Source of the DNA: a bacterium
GTDB lineage: Bacteria > UBA10199 > 2-02-FULL-44-16 > JAAZCA01
Reading direction: 5' to 3'
Assembly: GCA_041648665.1 (NCBI GenBank)
Contig: JBAZOP010000024.1
Coordinates: 1-32,000, forward strand
DNA: 32,000 nucleotides
In this document: piece after piece, positions 21,904 through 31,531 of the stretch
Layout: each line of letters begins with the position of its first letter
Numbering within the stretch: position 1 is the first letter of the stretch
Position numbers and translations under genes: made by a program
The notes under the pieces: model-generated
Seen by the model: only the letters and a program-made list of their open reading frames with translations
Told to the model about the DNA's origin: nothing
The model's database searches: none

Positions 21904-22833
21904 ATGAGCGTATTCGAACCCGGTTCATCGGACGACACGCGGTACAACAACAACGTCACGTCGGGCGGGGCGTGGGGCTCTATCAAGCACGACGCGGGCG
22001 CAGCGTGGGACAACACCTACGGCGGCATCTTCGACGCGCTCAAAGGCCCGCAGGCCCCCGAAGTCAATCCGGTGAGCTACGACTGGAGCGGGTACAACAA
22101 GGGTCAGCAGAATCAGCAGGCACTCAACGAGATGCTGCTGGCTCGGGCGCGCGGACAGGGCCCGTCCGTTGCAGAGGGCCAACTGGCGCAGGCAACGAAT
22201 GCGAACATGGCGGGGGCGCGGTCCATGGCCGCATCGGCCCGGGGCGGCGCCATGCAGCAGCAAGCGGCGCAGCAACAGGCGCAGATGCAGGGCGTGAACA
22301 CGCAGCAGCAGTCGGCGGGGCAGGCCGCAACGCTGCGCGCACAAGAGCAGCAGGCCGCTATGAGCCAGTATGCCAACGCGCTGCAGGCCCAGCAGAACAC
22401 CGAGGCCCAGCGACAGATCGCCCTTGGAAATACGCAACTCGGAATGACCAACGCCGAGACGGGCAGATTTGAGCAGAAGCGCCAGGCGCAGTCGCAGGGG
22501 CTTGGAAATATCGCCGGCATGGCGATGGGCGCGGCCTCGATATTCAGTGACGAGCGCGCCAAGACCGACGTTCACGACGCGGAGCGCGACGTAGCCGAGA
22601 TGTTCCAGGCGCTGCACGCCAAGCGGTTTGAGTACAAGCCCGGCATGGGCGAACCCGGGGAGCACGTGGGCGTTATCGCGCAGGACCTGGAGCGCACGCC
22701 CGCAGGCAGAACGCTTGTTGAGCACGACACGGACGGCATGCGAACGATTGACCCGCAGCGCGCCCTGATGTCGCTGCTGGCGGCGGGCGCGGACATCTAC
22801 GACCGGCTGCGCAGGCTGGAAGGGGGCCGGTGA
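21904..22833 (+). CDS. Q/A-rich coiled-coil protein with a C-terminal intramolecular chaperone (Peptidase S74-like) domain (309 aa)
   Basis: SDERAKTDV...FEYKPG...EHVGVIAQDLERTPAG...VEHDTDGMRTIDPQRALMSLLAA...RLRRLE matches the auto-cleaving chaperone domain of phage fibres and spikes (S-D-x-R-x-K cleavage motif at aa 215). Residues 70-200 are Q/A-rich. Confidence 0.75.
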   Translation: MSVFEPGSSDDTRYNNNVTSGGAWGSIKHDAGAAWDNTYGGIFDALKGPQAPEVNPVSYDWSGYNKGQQNQQALNEMLLARARGQGPSVAEGQLAQATNANMAGARSMAASARGGAMQQQAAQQQAQMQGVNTQQQSAGQAATLRAQEQQAAMSQYANALQAQQNTEAQRQIALGNTQLGMTNAETGRFEQKRQAQSQGLGNIAGMAMGAASIFSDERAKTDVHDAERDVAEMFQALHAKRFEYKPGMGEPGEHVGVIAQDLERTPAGRTLVEHDTDGMRTIDPQRALMSLLAAGADIYDRLRRLEGGR

Positions 22834-24725
22834 TGGCTAATCCGTTCACGCCTGGAACCCAGGAGTTCATTCAATACCAACTGGCCCACCCGGAAGACGT
22901 GCCGCCTTCACAGGCCGCTGCGCCGATGCCGATGGCGCAGGCCGCCCCGCCTTCCCCTGCGCAGGGAACGCCCGGCGCGATCCAAGCGCAACTGGCGGGC
23001 GCTGCACCGCAGGGTGAGTCCTACGTGCCGGGTGGCAGGCTGTCTGTGCCTACCGTGCCCGCCAACGCGCCGCCGCAGGGCAACGTGGCAGTGGCAATGG
23101 GCCTACCCGCCGCGGATATGAATGCCCCACAGGTAATGGCGAGTCCGAAGCCGGGCACCATGGACCCAAACTCCCGCGTGATGTTTCCGCAGGGCGGCCA
23201 ACCGCAGCAGGCCGGCACATCTCCCCTGCCCTTGCCCCCCAGCGGTGGCGGCGGCGGACCCGTTCGCGTCATCCCGGGCAGGCGCACGCCGCAGTCCTGG
23301 GCCACCACGACGGAGCAGGGCGTGCAACTCAGTCCCGAGACACTGGCATCCTACGAGCAGGCCGCGGATCAGCGGAAGCAGGCGCAGCAGATCGCGGAGT
23401 CGGCGGCGACAGACGAGCGCTACGTGAGAGAGGAAGCGGGCGAGCGCGAGGTAAACGCCGCGATGACTGCCGCGGAGAAGCGAGAGCGGGCCGACAAGAT
23501 GCGCGCCTACGACATGGAACAGGCGCAGAAGAAATACGAGGCTGCGAAGGTCATCGACCCGAATCGACTGTGGGAGAATAAGAGCGGGTTCAGTAAGGCA
23601 ATGGATGTAGTTGGGGCGATTGCGGGCGGCATCCTGGTGGGCATGGGGCGCACGTCGACGAATCAATACCTCGACGCGATGGAGCGCGCGGCGCAGCGTG
23701 ACGTGCAACTGCAGCTCAAGAACCTGGAGCTCGCTGGCGACGACATCAAGAGCATGTACGGCCAGTGGGACCGCGAGGATCAGAAGGTCGCTGCGGGCGA
23801 AAAGGCCCGGCTGGAAGATGCCCTGAAGCAACTGGACTACCAGCTGTCTGGCGTCAAGGGCCAGCAGCAGCAGGCCGCCTACCTCAACGCGCGGGCAGAC
23901 CTGCAGGAGCGCATCGGAGACCGCGATCTCGCCCTCGCGAAGCAGACGCAGGGCAAGACCGTTGTGCAACGCCACGACGTGATGACCAAGCCGCAGACGA
24001 TCGGCGGGGGCGGGGGCGGGTCGCGCGACTGGATGCGGACCGTTGCCGGCATTCCTCCCGAGAAGCTCAAGGACTTCTGGGCAGCATACAAGCTCAACGC
24101 CGAGACACCGGGCATGACCAAAGACAAGGCGATGGAGGCCACTGTCCGGCAGTTCAACGCCAGCGGCGGGATTACGCTTGGTTCGGGGAAGGAAGGAAGC
24201 GGCCCCGCTGCACCAGGAGATCAGTCACTGTATGTGGCGGGCGCGTTCGGCGGAAAGGGCGGATACGCGCGCACGCCCAAGGACGCGGAGACGCTCAAGG
24301 TGGGAATGACGGCTGCCAACCTATACCTTTCCAACATCAGGCGGCTGCGGCAACTGCGCCAGGAGACTTTCCTCAACCGGATTCCGGGCAGTCAGGCACG
24401 CAAAGAAGCTGAGATCCTTGTGTCGCAGAACATAGTGGCGCGCAAGAAGATGGACGAACTCGGCGTCATTGCCGGCCCAGACATGGGCATCATTCTGCCG
24501 CAGACCGGCGAGGGCGCGCTCGACATAATCTCGCCGAACATGGACAGGGCGCTTGATGTCATCGAGAGTTCCACCGTAAATGGGCTGGAGACCACTCACC
24601 GAAACTACGGAATGGTCCCCGGGACAGAGAGCGTGCAGAGTGGATCCCTCACCGGCACCGTGACCGGCACGAGCGCACCCGCCCCGAGGACCGGCACCAC
24701 CCCCTTCCGGAAGGCCGGCGAATGA
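22833..24725 (+). CDS. Internal virion / ejection-type protein candidate (630 aa)
   Basis: A Pro/Ala/Gln-rich N-terminus is followed by a coiled-coil body. The start is ATG at 22833 (TGATG) or GTG at 22830 (GTGA). It lies between the needle-like gene and the 960-aa gene. Confidence 0.6.
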   Translation: MANPFTPGTQEFIQYQLAHPEDVPPSQAAAPMPMAQAAPPSPAQGTPGAIQAQLAGAAPQGESYVPGGRLSVPTVPANAPPQGNVAVAMGLPAADMNAPQVMASPKPGTMDPNSRVMFPQGGQPQQAGTSPLPLPPSGGGGGPVRVIPGRRTPQSWATTTEQGVQLSPETLASYEQAADQRKQAQQIAESAATDERYVREEAGEREVNAAMTAAEKRERADKMRAYDMEQAQKKYEAAKVIDPNRLWENKSGFSKAMDVVGAIAGGILVGMGRTSTNQYLDAMERAAQRDVQLQLKNLELAGDDIKSMYGQWDREDQKVAAGEKARLEDALKQLDYQLSGVKGQQQQAAYLNARADLQERIGDRDLALAKQTQGKTVVQRHDVMTKPQTIGGGGGGSRDWMRTVAGIPPEKLKDFWAAYKLNAETPGMTKDKAMEATVRQFNASGGITLGSGKEGSGPAAPGDQSLYVAGAFGGKGGYARTPKDAETLKVGMTAANLYLSNIRRLRQLRQETFLNRIPGSQARKEAEILVSQNIVARKKMDELGVIAGPDMGIILPQTGEGALDIISPNMDRALDVIESSTVNGLETTHRNYGMVPGTESVQSGSLTGTVTGTSAPAPRTGTTPFRKAGE

Positions 24726-27604
24726 GGGTTGTTGACGCCAAGGGCCAGATCCTCGACCTGCCCGATGAGCAGGCGTGGGCGGGGCTGCGATCGGGCGACT
24801 ACGGGCTGCAGCCGGGCTCTGAGGTAGCGGTCCGGTCCGACAGAGGGACAATCGGCACCGTCAAGGCCGAGAACTTGGGCACGGCGCTGCAGGAAGGCTA
24901 CGCGCCCATTGCGCAGGCTGAACTGCAGCATGAGGAAAAGCGCCTACGAGCCGAATCGGTCGGCGGGGTCGCGGGCACCATCGGGGCGGGACTCCTTCGA
25001 GGAGGCACCCTTGGCGGGTCCGACGAGGTGATTGCAGCCCTTGGCGGGCCCGAAGCACAGCGAGCCCTGAACGAATACCGCGAGATCAACCCTTGGCTAT
25101 CCGTGGGGGCCGAGGTCGGTGGGGCGTTGATTCCCGCGCTGCTTTCGGGCGGCTCATCCGGCGCTGTCACGGCGGCAGAGGAAGGCTCCGCACTGGCCCG
25201 GGGCGCGTCTGCCATTGGCCGCGGAGTGCTGGCCCCGGCTAGGCTGCAGCAGGGCTTGGGCACGCTCGCAGAACACGGCGTGGCCGCGCTTCTGCCCGAA
25301 GGCGGCAGCCTGCTTGCCCGGGGCGCCCGCACCGTCCTGCCCGACATGGCCCGGGGCGTGGCAGAGGGCGCGCTGCAGGGTGTGGGCAACACCATTACCG
25401 AACACGCGCTTGGCAACCGCGACCTTACCGCCGAAGCGTTGATCGCCAACATCGGACACGGCGCCGTCATGGGCGGGGCGCTTGGCGGCGGTATCGGAGC
25501 GCTTCGGTTCGGGGCCGGTGAGGCGCGCAAGGGGCTGGCTGCCCTATTGAGCCGAGGGGCCACAGAATCGCCGTTGCCGGCCCTGGGGACTGCCGCGGAG
25601 GACGCGCTCACCACCCGCACAAGGGCCATGATCGGGCAGGATGCGGAATCGGCTGCAGCCGTTGGGATGCGCGACACCATGACCGCGCAGGGCGGCGGCG
25701 GACAGATGACCGCCAAGGTCTACCACGCGCTGCACGACACGGACGGGGAGATCGCGGGCGCACTCAGGTCGCAGCAGACGCGCGAGATCATGCTCCGCAA
25801 TGCGGACCGTGAGGCAGACAGGCTCGCGATGGACGCGACCCGGCACTACGACGCGGGCGCGCGAGCTACTGAGATGGTTCAGGAAGGCGTACTGCGCGGC
25901 ACGGCCAAGGATGCGCAGATGGCGAGACTAGTCGATGAAACCCGTGCGCCGCTGGCCGCAGACCGCGCACAGGGCGTTCTGGCTGACGTGTACGCGCTGC
26001 GGGACACGATCGCCATGGACCCGCTTGCGCCGAAGCCGCTCATCGGCAAGGTCAACGCTATTGCCGAGGGGTACAACACGCTGCTTTCGCGCGCCATGGC
26101 CGCAGACGATGGCGTGGCTGGAAAGCTGTTCGCTGAACTCGACAACCTGAAATACGACGTTGGTAAGCTCGCGTCGAACACGGGCGGAAAACACGGGCTC
26201 GTGCTGGAAGGCTTCTACAACAACAGCCTAAAGCCGCTTCTGGAAGACTCCACGATATGGTCCAAGGCCGCCGAATCGCAGAGGGCCATCAACGGACCGT
26301 ACTCGGCGTGGATCGGGTACAAGCGCGCGGCAATCAGCCGGTTTGAGGATTCGTTCGGCAAGAAGCCAGCGGCTACCTCGTTTGACGAGCTGCTGGAGTC
26401 GGACCCGGCCACCCTAAAGTCCCTGTTCAAGCAGATCGGTGGCGCCGAGTCCGTCAAGCGGATGGAGCTTCTGGATAACCTCGCCAACGCCCAGAAGCAA
26501 CTGGCCGCCGCCGCGGAATCCGCCTACGCGCTCACGCCCGCTCAACGCAAAGCCGTACAGGCCATGCGCGACTCGACCGACGCTTACCACGGCACGGTCA
26601 AAGAGGCGCAGGCCAACATGGCCCTGATTCGCAAGGCCGAGGAAGCGGAGGCGCAGGCCGCTTCCCCCCTGTCCAAGGCCGTCGGCAAGATTCCCGGGGC
26701 CGGTCCGCTGCTAGAGCTCGCGTTCTCAACCAACCCCGTCACGCTCGCGCGGCACACCGAAAGCGTGATGGCGCTCGGCCAGCGCATCAAGACCCTTGTC
26801 GGTATCGACTCCGTAGCGCGGGCCACCACCACGCGCGTTACCGATGCTGCGAAGAAGATCGTCGGCGGGTCCGGCCATGGCCCAGGGAAACGCATCCAGC
26901 ATGTTGCCGAGAAATCTACAGAGAAGGCGATAGAGGAGCACGGTAGACCACCGCGATATCCGTCGGCCGTGTCGTTTGCGGTCAAGACGATCGGGCCCAA
27001 TCCAGAAGACCGCGCCAAGGGCTACGAATCCAAGCGCAAGGATCTGGAAGCCATCGTCAACGACCCGCGCCGCGCCCGCTCGGCCGCGGCGCACATATCG
27101 CAGGATGCGCCTGGCGTGGCCGACGCGGTAGCCCGTTCGCTGCAGCAGCAGGCGAAGTATCTGCTTGACAGCGCGCCCAAGGGACCACCCGTGAGCGCAC
27201 TTCAGCCCGAAGTGACGATGCCCCCAAGCGACGCGCAGATCCTGTCATGGCTGCAGCGGCTATCAGCAGTGGACCACCCGGACGCCACGCTACGGGACAT
27301 CTCCGAAGGCGTAGCGCCCGCAGAAACGATCGACGCGTTCGCGGCAACGAATCCCGCCCTGTATGGCCTGCTCCGCGCGACTGTGATTCAGCAGATCTCG
27401 CAGCAGACGGGGCCGCTGGACGCTGAAGCGGAGCGGCGCATTGCCGCGGCCCTCGGCATCCCGGCCGACCCCGGGCGCGTGCAGTCGTACCAGCAGACAT
27501 ACGCGGCGGCACACGAAGCGCCGCGACCGAAACCAATGCCGCAAGGCAAGAACACGGATCGGCTGTCTTCAGCCGCCGATCGGATTGAACGAGGAGAAGA
27601 CTGA
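24722..27604 (+). CDS. Large internal virion / ejection-type protein candidate (960 aa)
   Basis: ATGA overlap at 24722. It has Gly/Ala-rich segments (GGVAGTIGAGLLRGGTLGG) and a long helical body. Size and position resemble podovirus internal core proteins. No enzymatic motif recognised. Confidence 0.6.
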   Translation: MRVVDAKGQILDLPDEQAWAGLRSGDYGLQPGSEVAVRSDRGTIGTVKAENLGTALQEGYAPIAQAELQHEEKRLRAESVGGVAGTIGAGLLRGGTLGGSDEVIAALGGPEAQRALNEYREINPWLSVGAEVGGALIPALLSGGSSGAVTAAEEGSALARGASAIGRGVLAPARLQQGLGTLAEHGVAALLPEGGSLLARGARTVLPDMARGVAEGALQGVGNTITEHALGNRDLTAEALIANIGHGAVMGGALGGGIGALRFGAGEARKGLAALLSRGATESPLPALGTAAEDALTTRTRAMIGQDAESAAAVGMRDTMTAQGGGGQMTAKVYHALHDTDGEIAGALRSQQTREIMLRNADREADRLAMDATRHYDAGARATEMVQEGVLRGTAKDAQMARLVDETRAPLAADRAQGVLADVYALRDTIAMDPLAPKPLIGKVNAIAEGYNTLLSRAMAADDGVAGKLFAELDNLKYDVGKLASNTGGKHGLVLEGFYNNSLKPLLEDSTIWSKAAESQRAINGPYSAWIGYKRAAISRFEDSFGKKPAATSFDELLESDPATLKSLFKQIGGAESVKRMELLDNLANAQKQLAAAAESAYALTPAQRKAVQAMRDSTDAYHGTVKEAQANMALIRKAEEAEAQAASPLSKAVGKIPGAGPLLELAFSTNPVTLARHTESVMALGQRIKTLVGIDSVARATTTRVTDAAKKIVGGSGHGPGKRIQHVAEKSTEKAIEEHGRPPRYPSAVSFAVKTIGPNPEDRAKGYESKRKDLEAIVNDPRRARSAAAHISQDAPGVADAVARSLQQQAKYLLDSAPKGPPVSALQPEVTMPPSDAQILSWLQRLSAVDHPDATLRDISEGVAPAETIDAFAATNPALYGLLRATVIQQISQQTGPLDAEAERRIAAALGIPADPGRVQSYQQTYAAAHEAPRPKPMPQGKNTDRLSSAADRIERGED

Positions 27605-30324
27605 TGGGAACCGATCTATTGACTGTCACGCCTGCGTGGGTGGAGCATTCCGCAAACCGGCTCGCAATCGCCGGATGGGAATCGATCGCGATCAACCACC
27701 CCGAGCTGTCCGTGCTGCTGCAGACCATGCTGGGTCGCGAGGCCTACGCCAAGGATGCGGCGGCTACGGCGCAGTCCACCGCGAACGACGCGCACGCGCA
27801 CGCCGTTGCGGCCCTCGGGTATCTCGGCTCGCTCGGTACAGATATGCTGGCCACGGACGACGACGGGCTGGCGATCAAGATCAAGAATCGCACGGGCGCC
27901 GCCACGGTCAAAGGCCAGGTTGTGCAGCTTCACCGTACCCTGCGCGAGATGTCGGGCGACGCGGGCGCACAGTGCAGCGCATGGGCCACCGCTGGCGAGA
28001 GCGAGGCCAACACGGACGCGGGCCAGCTCTACTTCGATGTGACGGTTCCCAATACCGTCACCTACTATTACGGCGGCCTCACGGACGCGCCCACGGTCTA
28101 CCACTACCACGGCGTCACGGACGCCCCCACGGTCTACCACTACCACGGCGTCACGGACGCCCCCACGGTCTACCACTACGAGGGCGTCACCGATGCCCCG
28201 GTGGTCCTGTACTGGGAACTGACGGTTGACGCCCCAGTGGTCCTGTACTGGTCCCTGTGGCTCGACGGCGCCGACGCGACGGTCACGGTCTACAGCGATG
28301 CGGCGATGACCGTTGCCGTGGCCGAAGGCGCACTGGTGGGCGACGGCGGCGGCGCAATCGTCCTGGCAGAGGTGGGCGGTTCGGGCATCACCGGGACGGT
28401 CACGGTAGCGGCGGGAATCACCCCCGACACCGGGACACTGAGCATCCTCGATGACGTGATCACCGAGGGCGGCGACTCGCTGGCGCAGTGCTCTCTGTGG
28501 ACGATCGTCGGCGAGGCGCAGACGATGACAACCGTCAACGTCTACTCCGATGCAGCCAAGACCGTACTTGAGTGCACCGGTACGGTCGATCACGACACCG
28601 GCGGCGCGATTGTGCTCGCAGCGACCGGCGCAATCAGCGGGACGGTCACGGTCGACGCGGATGCAGTGGAGGATACCGACGGGGCCAACACCCTGTCATG
28701 CCTCGACGACGTGATCACGCCTGCCGGCGACGCGCTGGGGCAACTCACGCTCTGGACCGTCGTGGGCGAGGCGCAGACCCTCTACACCGTCAACGTCTAC
28801 GACGACCTGGCCCACACCACGCTGCTCTGCACCGGAACCGTCGACCACGATACCGGCGGCGTAGCCGTTGTCCTGGCCGAATTTGGCGGCTCTGGCATCT
28901 CCGGTACCGTCGATGTCGTGGCCTCTGCCGTGGACTCCACCGCAAATGCCAACACCCTCTCAATCCTGGACGATGCAATCACCGAGGGCGGTGACGCGGG
29001 CGCAGCGTTCGCGAACTGGACGATCGCGGGTGAGCCGCAAACCATGTACACCGTCACGGTCTACGATGATGTGGGCCACACCACGGTTCTTTGTCAAGGC
29101 ACCGTAGACCACAGCACTGGCGGCGCGGGCGTCGTGCTGGCCGAGGTGGGCGGAAGCGGTATCAGCGGTACCGTCGACGTTGCTGCGGCTGCAGACGACT
29201 CGGTAGCGGACGGAAACACGCTGTCCATTCTCGACGATGTGATCACCGAAGCCGGCGACGCAACGAATGAGTTCCTGAACTGGGCAATCGCTGGCGAACC
29301 CCAGACCCTATACACCGTGTCGGTCTACGACGACGTGGCGCACACCACGCTTCTTGCACAGGGAACGGTGGACCACGACACGGGCGGCATCGCCGTCGTG
29401 CTTGCAGCGGTCCCGCCGTCCACAGTGGCCCTCACCGTTGACGTGATTGCGAGCGCGACCGATTCGACGGCGGACGGAAACACGCTCTCGATTCTCGACG
29501 ACATCATCACCGAAGGCGGCGACGCGGGCAACTGCTTCGCCAACTGGACTTGCGGCGGCTACCCCCCGACCATGTACACCTTGTCGGTCTACAGCGACGA
29601 CGCGGGCGCGCACCTTTTGTGTCACGTCGTTGTGGACCACGTTGCCGGCGGCGCAGGGCTTGTGCTTGCGTCCGACAGCGCGGAATTGGTCACGGGCACC
29701 GTCGATGTGATTGCGCTGGCCACCGACGATGCCGTCGCAGCCGCGAACACACTCACGATCACTGCGGGCGTGCTGGTGGAGGCTGGTGACGCTGGCGGCT
29801 GCTTCAGCAACTGGACGATTGCCGGCAGCGACCAGACGCACGTCTACGTGTACATGGACGCCGCGAAGACGGTTGTGGTCTGCCACGGCTCGATCGACAA
29901 CACGACGGGTGGAACCATCACCCTTGCGGCTGTGGGCGGCTCGGGCCTCACCGGAACCGTGGTTGTGATTCCCGCCGCCATCGCAGACGCCGCCGCAGAC
30001 AACATCTTGTCATATTCCTACGGCGGCTCGTTCCAGCTCACGCCCGCCAACGGCGACGACGTGGCCGGTGTGGTCTACGAGGCCGGGGTCGCGGACGGGG
30101 CCGACACGTGGGTCACAATCGCGGGCAAGGCATACGTGCTGCGAGAGCCCCTGAGTGGAATCGCTGCTTCGTCTTGGGTCCGCACCGGGGCGACTACGCC
30201 CGGCTATTGCGAAAGTGAGTGGGACTTCGCTGCGGCTCGTGCGCAGCAACAGATCGGATACGCATTGGAACGGGTTGCCGCGGGCGGCGCAGCGACGGTG
30301 CTCGTAGAACTGGCTAGGAGGTAG
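27604..30324 (+). CDS. Repeat-rich tail fibre / appendage protein (906 aa)
   Basis: TGATG overlap at 27604. It has five 12-aa repeats (GVTDAPTVYHYH type) followed by about 6.5 repeats of an ~88-aa module (TLSILDDVITEGGD..F.NWTIAGEPQT.YTV.VYDD.AHTTLLC.GTVDHDTGG..VVLAEVGGSGISGTVDV). Confidence 0.8.
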   Translation: MGTDLLTVTPAWVEHSANRLAIAGWESIAINHPELSVLLQTMLGREAYAKDAAATAQSTANDAHAHAVAALGYLGSLGTDMLATDDDGLAIKIKNRTGAATVKGQVVQLHRTLREMSGDAGAQCSAWATAGESEANTDAGQLYFDVTVPNTVTYYYGGLTDAPTVYHYHGVTDAPTVYHYHGVTDAPTVYHYEGVTDAPVVLYWELTVDAPVVLYWSLWLDGADATVTVYSDAAMTVAVAEGALVGDGGGAIVLAEVGGSGITGTVTVAAGITPDTGTLSILDDVITEGGDSLAQCSLWTIVGEAQTMTTVNVYSDAAKTVLECTGTVDHDTGGAIVLAATGAISGTVTVDADAVEDTDGANTLSCLDDVITPAGDALGQLTLWTVVGEAQTLYTVNVYDDLAHTTLLCTGTVDHDTGGVAVVLAEFGGSGISGTVDVVASAVDSTANANTLSILDDAITEGGDAGAAFANWTIAGEPQTMYTVTVYDDVGHTTVLCQGTVDHSTGGAGVVLAEVGGSGISGTVDVAAAADDSVADGNTLSILDDVITEAGDATNEFLNWAIAGEPQTLYTVSVYDDVAHTTLLAQGTVDHDTGGIAVVLAAVPPSTVALTVDVIASATDSTADGNTLSILDDIITEGGDAGNCFANWTCGGYPPTMYTLSVYSDDAGAHLLCHVVVDHVAGGAGLVLASDSAELVTGTVDVIALATDDAVAAANTLTITAGVLVEAGDAGGCFSNWTIAGSDQTHVYVYMDAAKTVVVCHGSIDNTTGGTITLAAVGGSGLTGTVVVIPAAIADAAADNILSYSYGGSFQLTPANGDDVAGVVYEAGVADGADTWVTIAGKAYVLREPLSGIAASSWVRTGATTPGYCESEWDFAAARAQQQIGYALERVAAGGAATVLVELARR
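28075..28254 (+). repeat. 36-nt (12-aa) tandem repeat x5 inside the fibre gene
   Basis: Units start at 28075, 28111, 28147, 28183 and 28219. Units 2 and 3 are identical except for their last 3 nt (ggcgtcacggacgcccccacggtctaccactac..). Confidence 0.9.
28267..30003 (+). repeat. ~264-nt (85-89 aa) domain repeat, about 6.5 copies, inside the fibre gene
   Basis: TLS(I/C)LDD anchors fall at aa 278, 363, 451, 539 and 627, with degenerate versions at 716 and about 801. NWTIAGEPQT, GTVDH.TGG and GGSGI(S/T)GTV blocks are conserved in each unit. Confidence 0.85.
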
Positions 30325-30328
30325 AGAG

Positions 30329-31531
30329 ATGAGAAGGGTACTGTTTGATTTCCACAACGCGGCAGCGGCGACCACGTATTGGCCTTCAGCAAGCGGTGTA
30401 CAGGCCGCCCCGGGCCTGACAGAGTTTCACACGCAACTGGACCTCGTGGGGTCCGGCGGCGTCACCTACACCGTAGAGTGGACTGGCGACGACTCCAGCA
30501 GCACGGGGGCGCAGCTCACCGCGGACGCCTGGAAGGACGTGACCAGCTCGTGCCGCAACCTCGTCACGGGCGGCACAAGGTTCGCGGCCTCGTGGGTGGA
30601 CTCCACATGCGTCCTGGATATCTCGCACATCACGTCGGGCCGGTGGCGTGTCAAGCGCGTCACCTCCGACGCGACCAACGACGGGCGCGGATCGATCATG
30701 ACGGGGGCGGCTGCCCACAACGGACTTGTGGACGTGGCGTCCTCTGCCCTTCCCGACGACGCCGCGACCGAAACGACACTTGCCGCCATCGAGGGCGACA
30801 CCTCCAACATGTCCCCGGCCTACTACCCCACCCGCGGCGCAACCGGCCCGGCGGGCGGGGTGTGTTTGACGCTGCCGATTGCCGGCACGAGCTCGTACAA
30901 TGCGCCGCTTGTCCACGATATGGACACCGGTGCAGGTACGGCGTATGGCCTCGGCGTCTCCATCCGCAAGGCCGGCGCGGGCGGGTCTTCGGCCCTGTTC
31001 GTCACCGCAACGGATCGTGGGTTCGTCGGTATCACCGATGGCACCAACAACATGCCCACGATGGACGCGGCGGCGCGTGCGGGCTACATGCAAGTGACGG
31101 ACGGCACAACGACGGCGAAGGTCACCGCGGCATCGACGGCGGCTGTGGCGACCGACCCTGGGCAGGTCGTGTCCCTGTCCCCCAACAGCCCGATCCGCTC
31201 GCATTGCGGTACGTGGACGCCCGCAACCGCTGCGGCACCGGCTGACTCGGCGGTCATCAGCGCAGCAGCGTGCAAGGTTGGGCGCGTGATGGCGGTCAAC
31301 ACGCACGCGACCATCACCTACTACCTGATGATCTTCGACTTGGCGGCGGTACCCGCCGACGCAACCGCTCCCCGGTACCCCGCAATCCCGCTCACCCCGG
31401 GGCAGGCTGTGGTGCTGGACTTCGGCGGAACGGCGCACGCGAACGGGCTGTGCTGGTCCGATAGCACGACGGTCGCGACCAAAACGATCGCAGCCACGAC
31501 GCCTTTCCAGGTGTCGGCCGAGATCGTCTGA
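30329..31531 (+). CDS. Tail fibre / receptor-binding candidate (400 aa)
   Basis: The ATG at 30329 is preceded by AGGAGG. The sequence is Thr/Ala/Gly-rich and beta-type, in the distal part of the virion module. No family recognised. Confidence 0.7.
   Translation: MRRVLFDFHNAAAATTYWPSASGVQAAPGLTEFHTQLDLVGSGGVTYTVEWTGDDSSSTGAQLTADAWKDVTSSCRNLVTGGTRFAASWVDSTCVLDISHITSGRWRVKRVTSDATNDGRGSIMTGAAAHNGLVDVASSALPDDAATETTLAAIEGDTSNMSPAYYPTRGATGPAGGVCLTLPIAGTSSYNAPLVHDMDTGAGTAYGLGVSIRKAGAGGSSALFVTATDRGFVGITDGTNNMPTMDAAARAGYMQVTDGTTTAKVTAASTAAVATDPGQVVSLSPNSPIRSHCGTWTPATAAAPADSAVISAAACKVGRVMAVNTHATITYYLMIFDLAAVPADATAPRYPAIPLTPGQAVVLDFGGTAHANGLCWSDSTTVATKTIAATTPFQVSAEIV

Noticed and set aside
4061-30003. 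CRISPR array interpretation of the tandem repeats (4061-4250, 7014-7443, 28075-30003)
   Set aside because: No repeat-spacer alternation with unique spacers is present. The units are contiguous and, in two of the three cases, in frame inside coding sequence. No cas genes are present.
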